DNA of 64,000 bases from contig OX597823.1 of the NCBI GenBank assembly GCA_951406725.2, forward strand, positions 4,526,001 through 4,590,000, given 5' to 3'. The notes below the pieces were generated by a model, which made no database searches, had not been told where the DNA came from, and worked only from the letters and a program-made list of their open reading frames with translations. Positions 10,992-24,756 of this stretch are shown here, in pieces. The translations under genes and the position numbers were made by a program. The DNA comes from Octopus vulgaris. Taxonomy: Eukaryota. Numbering within the stretch: the first letter of the stretch is position 1; every line of letters begins with the position of its first letter.

Positions 10992-12578
10992 TCATTCATT
11001 TATTACCATCATGTCAAGATCTTAAGATACTGAAAGTATTTCAGAAAGTCATTGACAACTCTTACAAATGAATTCTGCACTACTGTTTCAATGCAATTCA
11101 TTGAATTTAGAAAGTTCCCATCTTTCAGTTTTCTGATTCGAAGCCCATCAAATACTCTAGCTTTTATCTTTTCACTGCTCATACCAGGAAATCTGCTGCA
11201 GATCTAGTGAAAGCATGGTCCATCTTTATCTAGATCTTTAACAAATTGTTTCATAATGCCAAGTTTGGTATGGAGTGGAGGTAGGATGATTTTTCCCCAG
11301 TTGAACAAAAGGCTCTTCAACCACATTAAAATAGTCCGGAACTAATATTCGCTGTGGTTCTTCTTTCATCACCCAATGTTTTCCCTGGTTCTACTGTCCC
11401 ACAAACAAAAAAGGGCAAGGATATTTGGTGTATCTATCTATTTTATTGTCCCAGGAGAAAATCGACCATATTAAAGTACACACACATCATCCACTGATGA
11501 CCGGGGGATTTGGGTATCTTGAAATCTAGATGTGACAGTAAAAAATGTATTCCATTTTGGGATTCAGCATAACCTTGAATTAAGCAAAAATGTCCTAACA
11601 AAATACCTGTTGTGTTGTGTAATCGATGATAAACAACAGGTGTGCTGCTGTTTTATAGTCACAAAATCACACTGAGTATAAACTTTTCATTCAGTTTATT
11701 TAACCAGAAATATAATGTATACAATTAAACAACAGTTGAATAAATAACAGCATTTGAGAATTCAATAAAAGATCACTTGGTGACTGCAGTCGGCTGAAAT
11801 ACATCACAAAAACTTATTGAGGAAAGAAGAAAGACTTTTCATGACATTTACCAACATAATTCCATGAGATATCTTCAAGCATTATCAATATTTGGTACAT
11901 GAATTGAGAAGCCATTACACAGAGTAAACTGAAATAACGTCCCATAGAATCTGATAGCTCACTTTTTAGTTAGATTTGTCCGTCTTTTTATATATCATTG
12001 GCAAAAAAGTTCAAGAACATTCTATAAACCATTTGGTGAGAAGATTTCAAGCTCACCAGTCAATCTGATTGGTTGAGCCACAATCGTGAACTTAGTGCCT
12101 TTTATGGCAGCCATGGTTTGAAGCTGGGAAATATGTGATGGATCAAAACACAGGCTCATCTTGTAATTGTGAACACAAAACACTTTAGTGTGGATGTGAT
12201 GTAAATAAATAGCACAAACCAACAATAAAATTTTTTTCCTCTGTTGTCAAAAGTTTTGGACGTGGAGTTTTTCAGCACATAGAAAGAAATCAAATTCGAT
12301 GACTGGCATCCGTGCTAGTGGAGCACTAAGAATACCATACGAGTGAGATCGTTGCCAGAGCAACAAGCTGACCAGAACACTCTTCCTGTATTTATACTCT
12401 TCTGATCGATCAAAACACAGGCTCATCTTGTTACAATCTTAACTGCTCAGCTATACTAAGCTTTCAGTTTTACAAATCAGAAATAATGTCTTGTTTTGTT
12501 TACAAGAAAAAGGAGGAAAAAGCAAACAGCCAAAACAGAAACGGTCAGTAATAGACTGAGATATATGTAGAGACCAAC

Positions 12579-12724
12579 CTTGAGGATAACTCCTTTTGTT
12601 AGTACTTTCTGCCGACTTGGTTGTACACCGGTGAGGGCAAACAGCTGAGCTTTGAACTGGATAGGGGTCTCATCAGCATCACATTCAATATCATTGAATT
12701 TTTCCTTTCCCCATTTCACATGAA
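12579..12724 (-). CDS. USP14: USP14 coding exon 2, UBL domain ((V)HVKWGKEKFNDIECDADETPIQFKAQLFALTGVQPSRQKVLTKGVILK)
   Basis: tttccag acceptor and GTTGGT donor; 146 bp. VKWGKEKF and FKAQLFALTGVQP.RQKV are USP14 signature motifs. Confidence 0.97.
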
Positions 12725-13347
12725 CTGGAAACAAAAACAACAATACAAATTATTATAATCCATAATTTTCTAAAACACAAATTAAGAAACAAATATGTAA
12801 GAGTCCAAATGACATTTACAAGGAAATCCAACAAAAGTAGAAGTTTTACATATTCTTATTTTGCTGTAGATTTTTTTCTTTTTTCTTACCTGACTTAAGT
12901 GAAATTAGAAAAACTGAAATGACTCAAATCAATGAAGAAAACAATATTATCATTAACGAATCTACAAGAAACAGCAGCTAAATCTCCCTTAAATCACACC
13001 CAACATTACATGATGGAGTTTTAAATATACTGCATCTGAAAAAGAGACTGGTCATGGCTGGCCTGGGGCTACACAACAGTCACATGTCTCTAGTGTGCTC
13101 TTTTTATCAATAAAAACTACTTCCCAACTACAAGGTTTCAGGTTCCGTCTAGCTGCATGGGACCTTAGGCAAGTGTCTTCTACTACAGGTATGGGTTCAA
13201 TGCCCAACACATACCAATACCCATTTTTCCCCATCAGGGGGTTTATATTCCCTAATATTAGACTATTTTCTGCAGTCAATATATGGTGAAAGCTTATAAT
13301 TAGATTTACAAAAATTTTCACTTATCACTGTTTCTTAACTAACAATA

Positions 13348-14672
13348 TACAGTGATCCTCAAAATTATTCATACCCCATGGAAACTGACATTTTTTTTTT
13401 TAGATTCTTCATTTGTAAAAACTGTTACGTTGGTACTTCCTGTGAATCTTTCATCAACCTGTTGCTATGCACAAATCCCCATTTGAGTTGGCTAAACTTC
13501 ATTTGCATAATAACAGATATGACCTAAAGTTCTTTTTTGCATATGTTCAGAATTATTCACACCCCTGTTTTCACTTCCTGTGAATATGCTAATCTTTGTC
13601 CCATAGTTATTTCCAGAAGAGTATAAATACAGGAAGAGTGTTCTGGTCATACTCAGTTTCTGATCATCATGGCCAACAAGAAGGTGCTCAGTGAGGACCC
13701 ATGTCAACGTTTTGTGCAGTGGAGGAAAGGGTTACAAAACCATTTCAAAGCAGTAGGATGTGGCAACCGTCCAGAGCATAATCAACAAGCACAAGAGATT
13801 CAACAGTTAAAAACCTCAGTGGGTGTGGCAGGAAGCATATCCCCTCCAAACTTGCCAGGAAAATCTGCCGAGGGGTCAACACCAACACCTGGACCACAAC
13901 CAAAGCCTTAATTGAAACATTTGACCAGGCTGGGATGAAGGTGTCATGGTCACCATTGAGCGAATCTTGCACAGAGGCAGTCTCCACGGATGTAGGCCTT
14001 GGAAGATGCCACTGCTCAGGAAGAAACATCTGGAGGCTTGCCTGACCTTTGCTAGAGGTCATCTGAAGCAAGATCCCAGCTTTTGGTCAACCATCCTGTG
14101 GTCTGATGAAATGAAGTTGGAGTTATTTGGCCATATGGATGCTAAATACGTCTGAAGAAAGGAGAAGCATACAAACCGAAGAACGCTGTGTCCACTGTCA
14201 AGCATAGTGGTGGAGACAGAATGCCAAAGGGATGCTTCTCTTCCAGTGGCACGAGGGACCTTGTCAAGGTCCAAGGAATCATGAGAAAGGAGGATTATAT
14301 CTGGATCATTGATGAAAATGTGAAGGAATCCGCTGAGAAACTCCAACTCAGCCACAACTGGAAGTACCAGCAGGACAATGATCCAAAACATACTGTCAGG
14401 GTAGTAAAGACAATGTTGACATTCAAGGACAATGGTGTCAACATCCTAGAATGGCCAAGTTAGAGTCCTGACCAGAATCTAATCAAGAACTTGTGGTGGG
14501 ACTTGAAGACCAGAGTGACGGCTAAGAAACCAACCAACCTGACCCAGCTTGAGGCTTTCGCCAAAAAAGAGTGGGTAACATCCCACAGGAGACATGCAGG
14601 AAGCTTGTGGACACATACAAGAATCGTCTAGAAGCAGTCATAAAAAACAAAGGCTATGCTATTGACCATTAA
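13348..14672 (+). mobile_element. Tc1-like transposon (IR/DR-type left end), defective transposase, right end not seen
   Basis: TA-CAGTG left end with an inner repeat aattattca.acccc at ~13365 and ~13551. Transposase fragments ILWSDEMKLELFGH, QQDNDPKHT and WPS*SPD.NLIKNLW, ending NKGYAIDH* at 14672. Confidence 0.9.
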
Positions 14673-15819
14673 AGAAAGACATTGGATCACCATCAAGGGC
14701 ATCATCAACAATATCATCATTTAATGTCCCCTTTCCATGAATTGGAGAGATAACCACAATCTGAGTCATTTCTATATGGGAGCCTCTACTTCTCTGTGTG
14801 TCATCTGGCTTGGTTTCTCTAACTGGATGCCTTTCCTATCACCAACCACTTTACCGTGTGTACTGGGTGCATTTTCTCATGGCACCAACACCAGAGAGGT
14901 TGACTAGTCCTTGGCACTTTCTCTGCTCATTTAAGTAAATTACTATCACTTGTACTTGTAGCAGCATTCACCCAGAGTGGGTAAAGCCAGCTCTGACCAA
15001 CAAGTTCATCACACCCCTCATAAAAGCTGACCACATCCAACAAGCCAACATCCTAATGTTCCAGCAGGCAAAGTAATGCTTCTGCCTGCAACCCAAAATT
15101 CCAGTTTGTAGATTTAACAACTGCTCCATTAGGAGAGCAAGCACATCCGATAGCATGGATATTGTAAACATCATTCACTGCTGAGGTGTAGAGTTCCTGT
15201 TCATGGTGGGGAGGGGTAGACTGTCACACAGGAAATGTAGAGTCCTCAGTAACTTAGAGGATGTAGACCAAAGTAGGAAAGAAGAGGGAATGAAGACAGC
15301 AGAAAGGTGAGATGTGGTGGTTAGTTGAGGAGGGGGGGAGGAGGATGTGAGTGTAGTTGTAGAGAGTACTCAATAAACTAGGATATGTTTAGGTGACCAA
15401 GGAGGGGGATAGGAGAGTGGAAGGAACAAGAGTATGATGGGAAGAAGATAACGGTATGGAGGAGCAGTGTCAGGAAGGGGAGGGATTGGCAATAGCCAAG
15501 GTGTTGAGAAAAAATAAAGCAGAGTATGACGGAAAAAAAGGCAAGATTATTTGGGGTGGAGATGATGGGTGGAAGTGATTGAGAAAGTAAAGTTTATCTA
15601 CAACAACAAAAAATGGTGATGCAAGCTATTAAATGTTTTCTTTCTGAGTCCCCCAAGATACTACACTGTGCAAATAGGGGAATATAGAAAACATTCATCA
15701 ATGGTAGAAACCCTTTAGTATTTAAACTGGTCATATCTGGCCTAAATATTCCTTTTCATGTTCAAAGTAGCCTGATTCAGCCTCTCACACCTGTCCTGTA
15801 ATGTCATTCTGAAAACAGA

Positions 15820-18248
15820 GATGGTAACAGTAACAGAATAGGTGGTGTGGGTATACTCCTTGCTGAGAAATGGGTGGATAAGGTCATAGAGGTAGTTAGA
15901 GGATGCAATAAAGTACTTAAGCTCAAGCTAGTCTTGCAGAATAGTATAGCTACAATTATATCTGCCTACACCCTGCAAGTGGGCATCCAAAATGAAGAGA
16001 AGGACCACTTTTATGATATTCCTCTGCAAGCTCCCTCCAAGACAAGTGACAATGATCTCATCTTTGTGACGGAGATTTCAATGGGCATATCAGACGGCAG
16101 CCTGGTATCTATCATGGTGTTCATGGAATCAGCTCCTGAAACGAAGAGGGAACAAGGCTACTGGAGTTCTGCGATGTGAATGAATAATCTTTTAAGCTGC
16201 AACACCAACTTCAAGAAGCCAGCCAGCCACCTGATAACCTATCAATCAGGTGACTCTGCAAGCCAGATGGATTTCATCCTCACCAGACAGCAGGATTGCT
16301 CTTAAATACAATGACCTTCCCTGGTGAAGAATGTACCCTCCAGCATAGACTAGTCATTAACAACTTTAGACTCCAGGCCAGAACGATGCCAAGAAGCAGA
16401 CCAATCTGGAAAAGAAGGATTTGAAAGCTTAAGGACCTTTCATATGGTCAGAGATTTAGGGACATCATAATTGAGGAATTTGATGAAGGGGAAGAGCAGC
16501 GACAAACTTGTGACATAGAGGGCATCTGGAAATTCCTGAAGGACAGCTTGCTGAGTGCCACAGGCCAAATCTGTGGCTGGTGTAAAGTCCCTTCCAGACC
16601 TAGGGTAATGTGGTGGTGGAACAATACCATAGAGAGAGCCATTAGAGCAAAGAAACAGGCCTGGAAGAGTGGGGACAGCAGGGAACTGTATTAGACAGCC
16701 AAAAGAGAAGCTAGGAGACAAGTATATCTAACCATAGGAGAAGCAGATAGTAAGTTTGTCTATGTTCAGCACTGCAAGGACCAGCAAACTGAAGTATTTT
16801 GGATTGCAAAATAGTGTGTGAGAGAAAATTGTGATGTCATAGGAGAGAAACGTGTCCGTATGGATGATGGTGCACTTGCTTTCAATGTTTCTGAAAAGAA
16901 AGAGGCTTGGAGAAGCCATTATGAGAGACTGCTGAATGTGGAGAATGAATGGGAGGAGGAGAGTCTGTCAAATATTGACCCAACTGTCCGAAATGACAGT
17001 ACCCTGATAGATAAAGCAATTAAGGGTATGAAGACAGGGAAATCCCCCGGTCCATCAGGAATCACTGCTGAGATGCTTAAAATATCCGGCAGTGTTGGTT
17101 ATGGTCTAGTCACCCGTATTGTAAATCAGGTGGTTCACGAAGGAGTCGTACCCAATGAGTGGTGTAGCAGCACCATAGTCAACTACTACAAGGGTGAAGG
17201 TGATGAAAGTTGCGGAGAGAGTCATAGCCCAACTAATCAGGGAGAGAGTTAGTCTAGATGAGATGCAGTTTGGCTTTGTGCCAGGTAGAAGCACCACTGA
17301 TGCTATATTCCCGGTAAGGCAACTACAGGAGAAATACCTAGCCAATGATAAACCCCTGTACTTGGCTTTTGTTGACTTGGAGAAAGCCTTTGACAGGGTA
17401 CCCTGATCTGTTATCTAGTGGTCAATGCGGAAACTAGGGATAGACGAGTGATTAGTGAGAGCTGTACAAGCCTTGTACAGGGACAGTACCAGTAAGGTGA
17501 GGGTGGGCAATGAATACAGCAAAGAATTCAGGGTGCAAATAGGGGTTCACCAAGGATTGGTGCTCAGCCCCCTCTTGTTCATCATAGTCCTCCAGGCAAT
17601 AACAGAGAAATTCAAGACAGGCTGCCCCTGGGAGCTCCTCTATGCTGGTGACCTTGCTCTTTTAGCTGAGTCACTACTTGAGCTAGAGAAGTTCCAGGTT
17701 TGGAAGTAAGTTCTACAATCAAAGGTCCTTAGAGTTAACCTAGCAAAGACCAAAGTCATAGTAAGTAGGAAGGCAGACAAATCACAAGTCCCCTCAGGCT
17801 CTGCTCCATCTGTAGAAAAGATATAGGTAGAAATTCCATAAGATGCACCCAGTTTAAGCTTCGGACACAAAAGGTGCAGCAACATCAAAGGAAGGTTTTA
17901 CAGAGAAACTAACGTTTGTATGTGAAATGTGCACAGGCATAAATACTAAACATGTGCAGAAAATAGAATCCATCAATTACCAGGGGACCAAGGTAGAGGC
18001 AGTAGATAGCTTCTGGTATTTAGGCAACCAGGTTAGTAGTGGAGGTGGTTGATCCGAGAGGATAGCTGTGAGAATAAGTTTAGGCTGGGCAAAGTTCAGA
18101 GAGCTCTTACCCCTGCTGGCAACAAAGGGCCTCTCTCTCAGAGTGAGAGGCAGATTGTTTGATGCCTGTGTGTGAACAGTTAATGCTGCATGGGAGTGAA
18201 ACATGGGCCATGACGGGCGAGGACATGCGTAGGCTTGAGAGAAATGCC
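15820..18248 (+). mobile_element. Decayed RTE-clade LINE ORF2 (endonuclease plus RT)
   Basis: APE fragments (GVGILLAEKWVDKV, IISAY, SQMDFILT) and RT motifs (KSPGPSGI, QFGFVPGRSTTDAIF, AFVDLEKAFDRVP, QGLVLSPLLF, LLYAGDL), with many frameshifts. Confidence 0.92.
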
Positions 18249-19149
18249 ATTTTTGTTGTTTTATCAGAGACATTATATCTAGGACCAAATTATACAAGTA
18301 TTGTTTTTGTTATGACTGATTTGAGAGTTTTGGTTACTATTTCTAACAAACTGAGCAGCCAAGTACAGGCTTCCTTGTTGGTTTGTGAAAGTACCAGTAA
18401 TATATTTAGGTTGAATCCCGATTTAATCAACTATAACATATCTCCTACAAAACTTGCCTTGCTTCATCAATGCTGAGGAACAGACATACCCTACTGGACA
18501 AACAGAAGGATACTTCTGCATAAACATACAAACTACTAGAAATAGCAGCTAAATCTCCCTCAAGAAAAAAACAACTATTCTAACATTTGCAGAAGGCAAG
18601 GAGGATACATTAGACAATAGAAGATGTTAGCCTAAATAGATGGAACAGTAACAGTTGGAATGCTTTTGATCATAGGACCAATAGCTCTAAGATCAAAGGT
18701 ATTTTATGAGTGACCATCCCGTATTTTCAGACATAGTCCACTTCAGACTACATCATCCAACATGTCCTTTAAGGCGATAGAGACTGAGTTGAAATTTGGC
18801 TGCTGTTTCTAGCAGGTCGAACAACCACATACAGGCGCTTCGTTGACTGTGTGTGTAACTAAGTAACAAATCAATCGAAGGCCGACTCCCTAATGCAATA
18901 AAGTCTTGCTTTTTACTCATTCCAACATCAAACGGGGGGGGGGGGGGCACACCCCACCCTGCCAAAACGGAAAACGATCAGATCCCCCACCCCATCGGCC
19001 AAACTGGTTGACAGTGTGTGTCTGGGATATTTGTTTGGACAGCTACGACTAACCAGAGAGAACAACGAATTATTGATTTCTTATATAACAACTACGAAGA
19101 TGCAGAATTATAGAGAAGAGGCTGACAGAGTGGAACCAGTGGCTTCTGT

Positions 19150-19590
19150 GGTACTCATGCCTTTCTCGACAAATCTAGTAACCTCTCGAAACACACCCAC
19201 ACAGATCACCGGCTGCCGACTTTGTTTCTTCACACCGCTCAGAAAAAATATTTTCTAATGAAATCGTCTACAAATACCTTTCAAATGAAGTAGGCTATGA
19301 TTATATCGAAGAAATTTAATGTGAAAAAAAAGAAAGAAAAATTGGTGGGCGAGCACACATTACATTACTCTGGGGTTTTTTTTTTTAAATTTCAAGTATC
19401 AATTTGGAGATAAGTGATGTATGTCAGCATATATGGGTGCGCACCCACTTTTTTTTTTTTTTTTTGCATTAAATCCTGATAACGAAATTTACACCATGTG
19501 AAAGGTATTTGTAGAAAAGTTCATTTTTCTGAAAGTTATGAGGAAACAAAGTCGATGGGGGAAGGTACACTTGTGTAGTTATGCCCAATC
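19150..19590. repeat. Foldback/MITE-like element with degenerate inverted arms; further arms at ~20400-20560, ~20930-21050 and ~26960-27430
   Basis: cgactttgtttc.tca (19217) is the reverse complement of tgaggaaacaaagtcg (19538); ctacaaatacctttca pairs with tgaaaggtatttgtag. Confidence 0.65.
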
Positions 19591-19975
19591 CGAAATGAAT
19601 TAAAAACTGATTTCGCTCGAAAATAGTAAGAGTCAGTCAATCTCTCATTTTCTATATATATATATAACACACACAAAGGACTATTCATTCCCACAGTAAT
19701 GTGCACCATGACATGGTTTCATATTTTTACGACAAACAAATTTCGCATCAACAAAACTTATACATAAACTAATAGGGAACGTGGTACAAACAGAAACGTT
19801 GAGAGTTCAATTCTATTCGGGTTAACTTGCATTCCGTCCTTTTGAAAATGCTAAAATAATAATAAAAAAGAGGTTCCCGCGATCTACGAATCTCGCCATA
19901 CACCACTTCAGTGATAACGACAGGACTTAGGCAAAGAAATCACATGCACATACACACAGGTCTGCATCGTTTTAG

Positions 19976-19980
<5 letters not shown>

Positions 19981-20032
<52 letters not shown>
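19981..20032. repeat. (TA)n microsatellite
   Basis: Pure TA run. Confidence 0.95.
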
Positions 20033-20034
<2 letters not shown>

Positions 20035-22134
20035 ACGGTATCAAGTCAGACAGCATAAAGTACCCAAACATACATCATAAATAAGCGGAACCTGACGGTT
20101 CCTTGTCGAGAATCCGATGCTGAAATAGTCATACCTCCTGTTCAGGTAACAACCATATCCGAAAACCTTAAACGAGTCAATCTTTTGGTATAAAGGAAAC
20201 GTATTTAGACTTGCTTTTCTTTTGTCATGTATGTTTTTTAATCAATGAAGAAAGATTCTTCTAAAAGCCGACTAATTTGTAATGAGTTCTTGCAGTTATA
20301 TTAAGATAATTTCCAATTTAATGGTTGGATAGTCTCGTTTTATAGCCCTAAATTCGAATTAGTCTTTTGACTGTACCTTTACCTCAAGATACTGTATGTG
20401 TGTAAAATCATTGAAAAAAATGCTTCCCCTCCTTTAAATGTTCACATAATTTTAATCTATACCCTCGAAAAAGTATCTGCAAAATTTCATTTAAGAATAT
20501 GTACTTCTCAGAAAGTTACAAGGAAACTAAGTCGTTGGGGCGCTAAACTGTAGGTATGCCTTTAATCAATGGGATATACGCTAGCTATATTGCAAAATGT
20601 TAAACGATATCTACAGAAAACTAGAATCTGTTGCTAGAGAAAGCTTCCAATTGAAAATAATTTATCGGTTCAAAGATGGACTCTATTTGACATAGATTAA
20701 GGATATCCTCACCTTGAAGACCCTAAATTCTAAAGACTGTGCTTTTACTCATGTAGATATGCGTGCGTGAAGAAATGAATGTTTTCTTTTCATTCATCTT
20801 ATATTTGTATAAACTAGTTTCTCTTATGAATCTCTATCTCGATATAAGCATGTGTAAAGTGCGATTCTGAATTTAAATGGGTAAAGAAGAACGACTCGAA
20901 ACTTCTTCAAACATTTCTGTTTCCAAATTACATCAACACACTTGTGATCTACATCCCCGAAAACACTATTCTGCAAAATTTCATTCAAAAACAAGTTTTT
21001 TTCGGAAAGTTTCGAGGCAACGAAGTCGATGGGGCACCAATCTGTAGTTATAGATACACACACTCACTCCAACACTATTTACAATGGAATAAATGACCAA
21101 AATAAATAGAATTCACAGAGAAGCAACGAGTAAACTTGTTACACATTTTTAAAAAAGAATTTCTCCTTAAAACGATAATGGTGTTGGTTTAAATAACGAG
21201 TGAGGATGAAAGATGGTAGCAGATGAAATGGTGAGGTCCAAGGAGGGGAGAAAACGGTTACAAGACCCAACTGTGAATTGAACAAGACTAACGAAACAAT
21301 GATTTCGGCATCACAACTTCCCAGGACAAACATATGGAGAAATATTTTAGAAAAATGGGTAAGTTTTTAAATAATAAAGTCGGTTAGTATGTGTGTGTGT
21401 GTATGCACACATATATATATATATGAATGAACGTATAGAAATAGGTACATATATACACAGATACTTATGCCAACATCCGTGTGTAAATGTAGTATATGAA
21501 TGTATATAAACATATATACAGGTATATATATATATGTATATATATTGGAAGGTTTGGAGATGATGTACAGGTATTTTATATTAGAAGAAATGAGGTTCTC
21601 AGAAATTCGGATGGTTTTATATTTACAGATATTTATTTGTATATTACATGTTTTTATACATCATATATCATATATTAGCGCTTTCTCCCATTCTAGTGGA
21701 CTTTTCAAATTGAAGTATATATATATATATATACACACACAAACACATATATACAAATATATATTATATATATGTGTGTATATACACACATATATAGCTA
21801 TACATATACCTACGTGTACACTATGGAAGCCGGACGTTAATTGATAATACATTACATATAATACATATATATATATACATACATACATACATTATAAAAT
21901 ATAAGTCCCATGCAAACACACAGACAAACACACAGACAAACACACAGACACTGTTGGCTGTTGTTAAATGAAATTGCGGGACAAATACGGAGCAGACATA
22001 AAAGCGAGGAAAAGGTTAAGAGATGGCTTTTCTCTGGCCATTTATTCACGGGTGTAAGGTTCCACCCCGTGAATATAGTGCAGAGAATGAATTAGCGGTG
22101 ACACAAGGACAATCTAAAGCGTGAAGGGGTTTAC

Positions 22135-22150
22135 CTTTGTAGGTCGGCAT
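22135..22150 (-). CDS. USP14: USP14 coding exon 1 (MPTYK plus G)
   Basis: aaaATGCCGACCTACAAAG|GTAAAC. The 16 coding bp splice in frame to exon 2, giving MPTYKVHVKWGKEKF (human MPLYSVTVKWGKEKF). Confidence 0.92.
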
Positions 22151-22169
22151 TTTTGTCCCTTTAAAGAAA

Positions 22170-22250
22170 CCGAGTCACATGCGGGCGCGCGCACAGGAAC
22201 ACCAGCTTCGACGCATGCGTGCTGGACTTGCATTACAGCCAAAATGTGTC
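22170..22250 (-). promoter_or_regulatory. Putative USP14 5' UTR/core promoter (local CpG-rich patch)
   Basis: gcgggcgcgcgcac and an NRF1-like palindrome acgcatgcgt (22211-22220) lie immediately upstream of the ATG, in otherwise CpG-poor DNA. Confidence 0.5.
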
Positions 22251-23444
22251 GTGGCTTTATTAACGAAACGTAATCTCGTGTTTTGAACAAACGAGGTTGA
22301 CTTTGCCTTTCATCCTTTCGGCGGTCGATAAATTAAGTACCAGTTACGCACTGGAGTAGATGTAATCGACTTAATCCGTTTGTCTTCTCTATGTTTAGCC
22401 CCTTGTGGGTAGTAAAAAAAAAAAATATTTGATGGGTTCGTGGTGGGGGCGTGAGGATGGAAGTAGGTATTGTTCTGTTTTCGTTTCAGTCACGTTTTAA
22501 GGGTGATTTATGGAATATTAGGTAATCTTTCGGTTTATGATCACGAAGTGAAAGCGGGAAAATTATTGTTTAGTAATCGGCATTGAAATTTTGAAAAAAT
22601 AACTTAAATTTTGGAAAACAAATGAAATTTTTTTTTTGAATTGAAATTTTTGGGGAAAAAAATGCAATTTTGAAAATTAATATCTTCAGTACCAAAGTAT
22701 CCATATTTTAAAACTGAAATCCCCAGAAAAAAATTTTAATTAAAAAGAAAAAATTGAGACAGGAAAGAGATTAAATTTTTTAATTTTCATTTACTTTTTT
22801 TTAGTTTTGTGGAAGCATAATCTTTACTTATGAAAACATAAGAATCCAAAGACATTGATCAAAAAATTGAGGTGGGTCCGTCTATTTGACATGTTCACCT
22901 GGATATCCCTGGAAATATCAATATTTTCCATTATTAGCGACAGAAGCAGAATTACTACCAAATGTAATCTTTATGTCCAACTTAACATGGATGACTTGTT
23001 AGAACACCAAATACTGCATTATTAGCCACGAGAGATCCTCTCACATAGGTGCTTTGTTCATTAAAGCCCACGCATAGATCATAGCAGAAGAGAATCTTCT
23101 GTTGTGGGCACCAAAATTCTTGTATCATGTGATATCATTCTTTTGGAAATCATCAGAGGGAGGCGTCTGTCATTGCATGTCAGTCAAATCTCACTGCTAC
23201 CATATATAAGAATATTGGCATCTTTTCCAGCACTGATGTCACAATATTTTCATTTCCAGTTTGTGATCTCAGGCTGAAAGCATACTATATGTTAAAAATC
23301 AATTCTACTACTTGACTCATGATTTATTTTACCTTTTCTTTTGCTTATTGGACTGCGACCATACTGGAGCAGAGCCTTGGAGAATGTTTTGGTTGAACGA
23401 ATCAACCACAGAACTTATTTCTCTTTAAACCTGGCACTCGTTCT

Positions 23445-23877
23445 TATTTCTTTTCTGCCCACAAGGGGCTAAACACAGAGGGGACAAACAGATTAAGTCG
23501 ATTACATTGACCCCAGTGCGTAACTGGTACTTATTTAATCAACCCTGAAAGGCAAAGTTGACCTCGGTGGAATTTGAACTCAGAATGTAGCGGCAGACAA
23601 AATACCACTAAGCATTTCGCCTGACATGCTAACGTTTCTTATTTCTTTACTGCCCACAAGGGGTTAAACATAGAAGGGACAAACAAGAACAGACAAACAG
23701 ATTAAATCGATTATATCAACCCCAGTGCATAACTGGTACTTACTTATTTCATCGACTCCAAAATGATGAAAGGCAAAGTCGACCTCAGTGGAATTTGAAC
23801 TTAGAACATAAAGACAGACAAAATACTGCTAAGCATTTCGCCCGGCATGCTAACGTTTCTGTCAACTTGCCGCCTTA
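23445..23877 (-). mobile_element. Two tandem copies of a tRNA-derived SINE with a Nin/Deu-like core
   Basis: Two head-to-tail copies of the element seen intact at 37006. Its core, ctttcatcctttcggggtcgataaattaagtaccag, also occurs at ~22300. Confidence 0.8.
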
Positions 23878-24569
23878 CCTGGCACTCATTCTATCGGTCT
23901 CTTTTTCCAAACCACTAAGCTATGGGGACATAAACACACCAACACAGGTTGTCAAGTCGTGGTGGCGGACAAACACAAACACTCATACACATGATGAGCT
24001 CCTTTCAGTTTCCATCTTCCAAATCCTCTCACAAGTTTTTGGTTCACCTGAGGCTATAGTAGAAGACATTTGTTCAAGGGCTTAGAAATAGACTAAGAAT
24101 AAGCCTTTGAACATTTTTTCAATCAACGTATCCCTCTCTACTTGTTCTCTACTTTAACCCTTCTCTTCCTAATATCTATCATTGTCGTCAAATCTACTAA
24201 CGGTTTTTTCAAATACTTAATGACGTTCTGTTTATCATTTAGGCAGTCATCGTAATTGTTATAATGTCTTGTTGAGATAGGCTCTCTTTCTTTCCTGATA
24301 AGAAGATTGCATTTTACACCGCTTATTCCTTTGGAATAAAACAATGTTGTCTTCGAAACATATGTCGAAAGTAAAGGAATTTTGTTAACATCTTCGTTCA
24401 ACTCCATTTATTTATTTATTCATATATAACACACAAATTTCTGCACCTGAACCCGGAGTTTCTACCCTTGGACAAGTCGCTTCAACCGTGTTTCTGACGT
24501 GATTTTGCTACCCTGGTATCGGTTCATCGAATTTTCCATGTTGACAGTAAACATAGGATAATTCATTCA

Positions 24570-24571
<2 letters not shown>

Positions 24572-24622
<51 letters not shown>

Positions 24623-24629
24623 ATGTATG

Positions 24630-24670
<41 letters not shown>

Positions 24671-24681
24671 ATGTATGTATG

Positions 24682-24733
<52 letters not shown>

Positions 24734-24756
24734 TATAGATAGATAGATAGATAGAT
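24572..24756. repeat. Compound (TA)/(TATG)/(TAGA) microsatellite
   Basis: Seen directly. Confidence 0.95.

Noticed and set aside
11485-11540. CTGATGA...GAAA hammerhead-like string
   Set aside because: No convincing stem I or stem II, and the would-be cleavage triplet ends in G. The flanks look like a DNA-transposon-type repeat.
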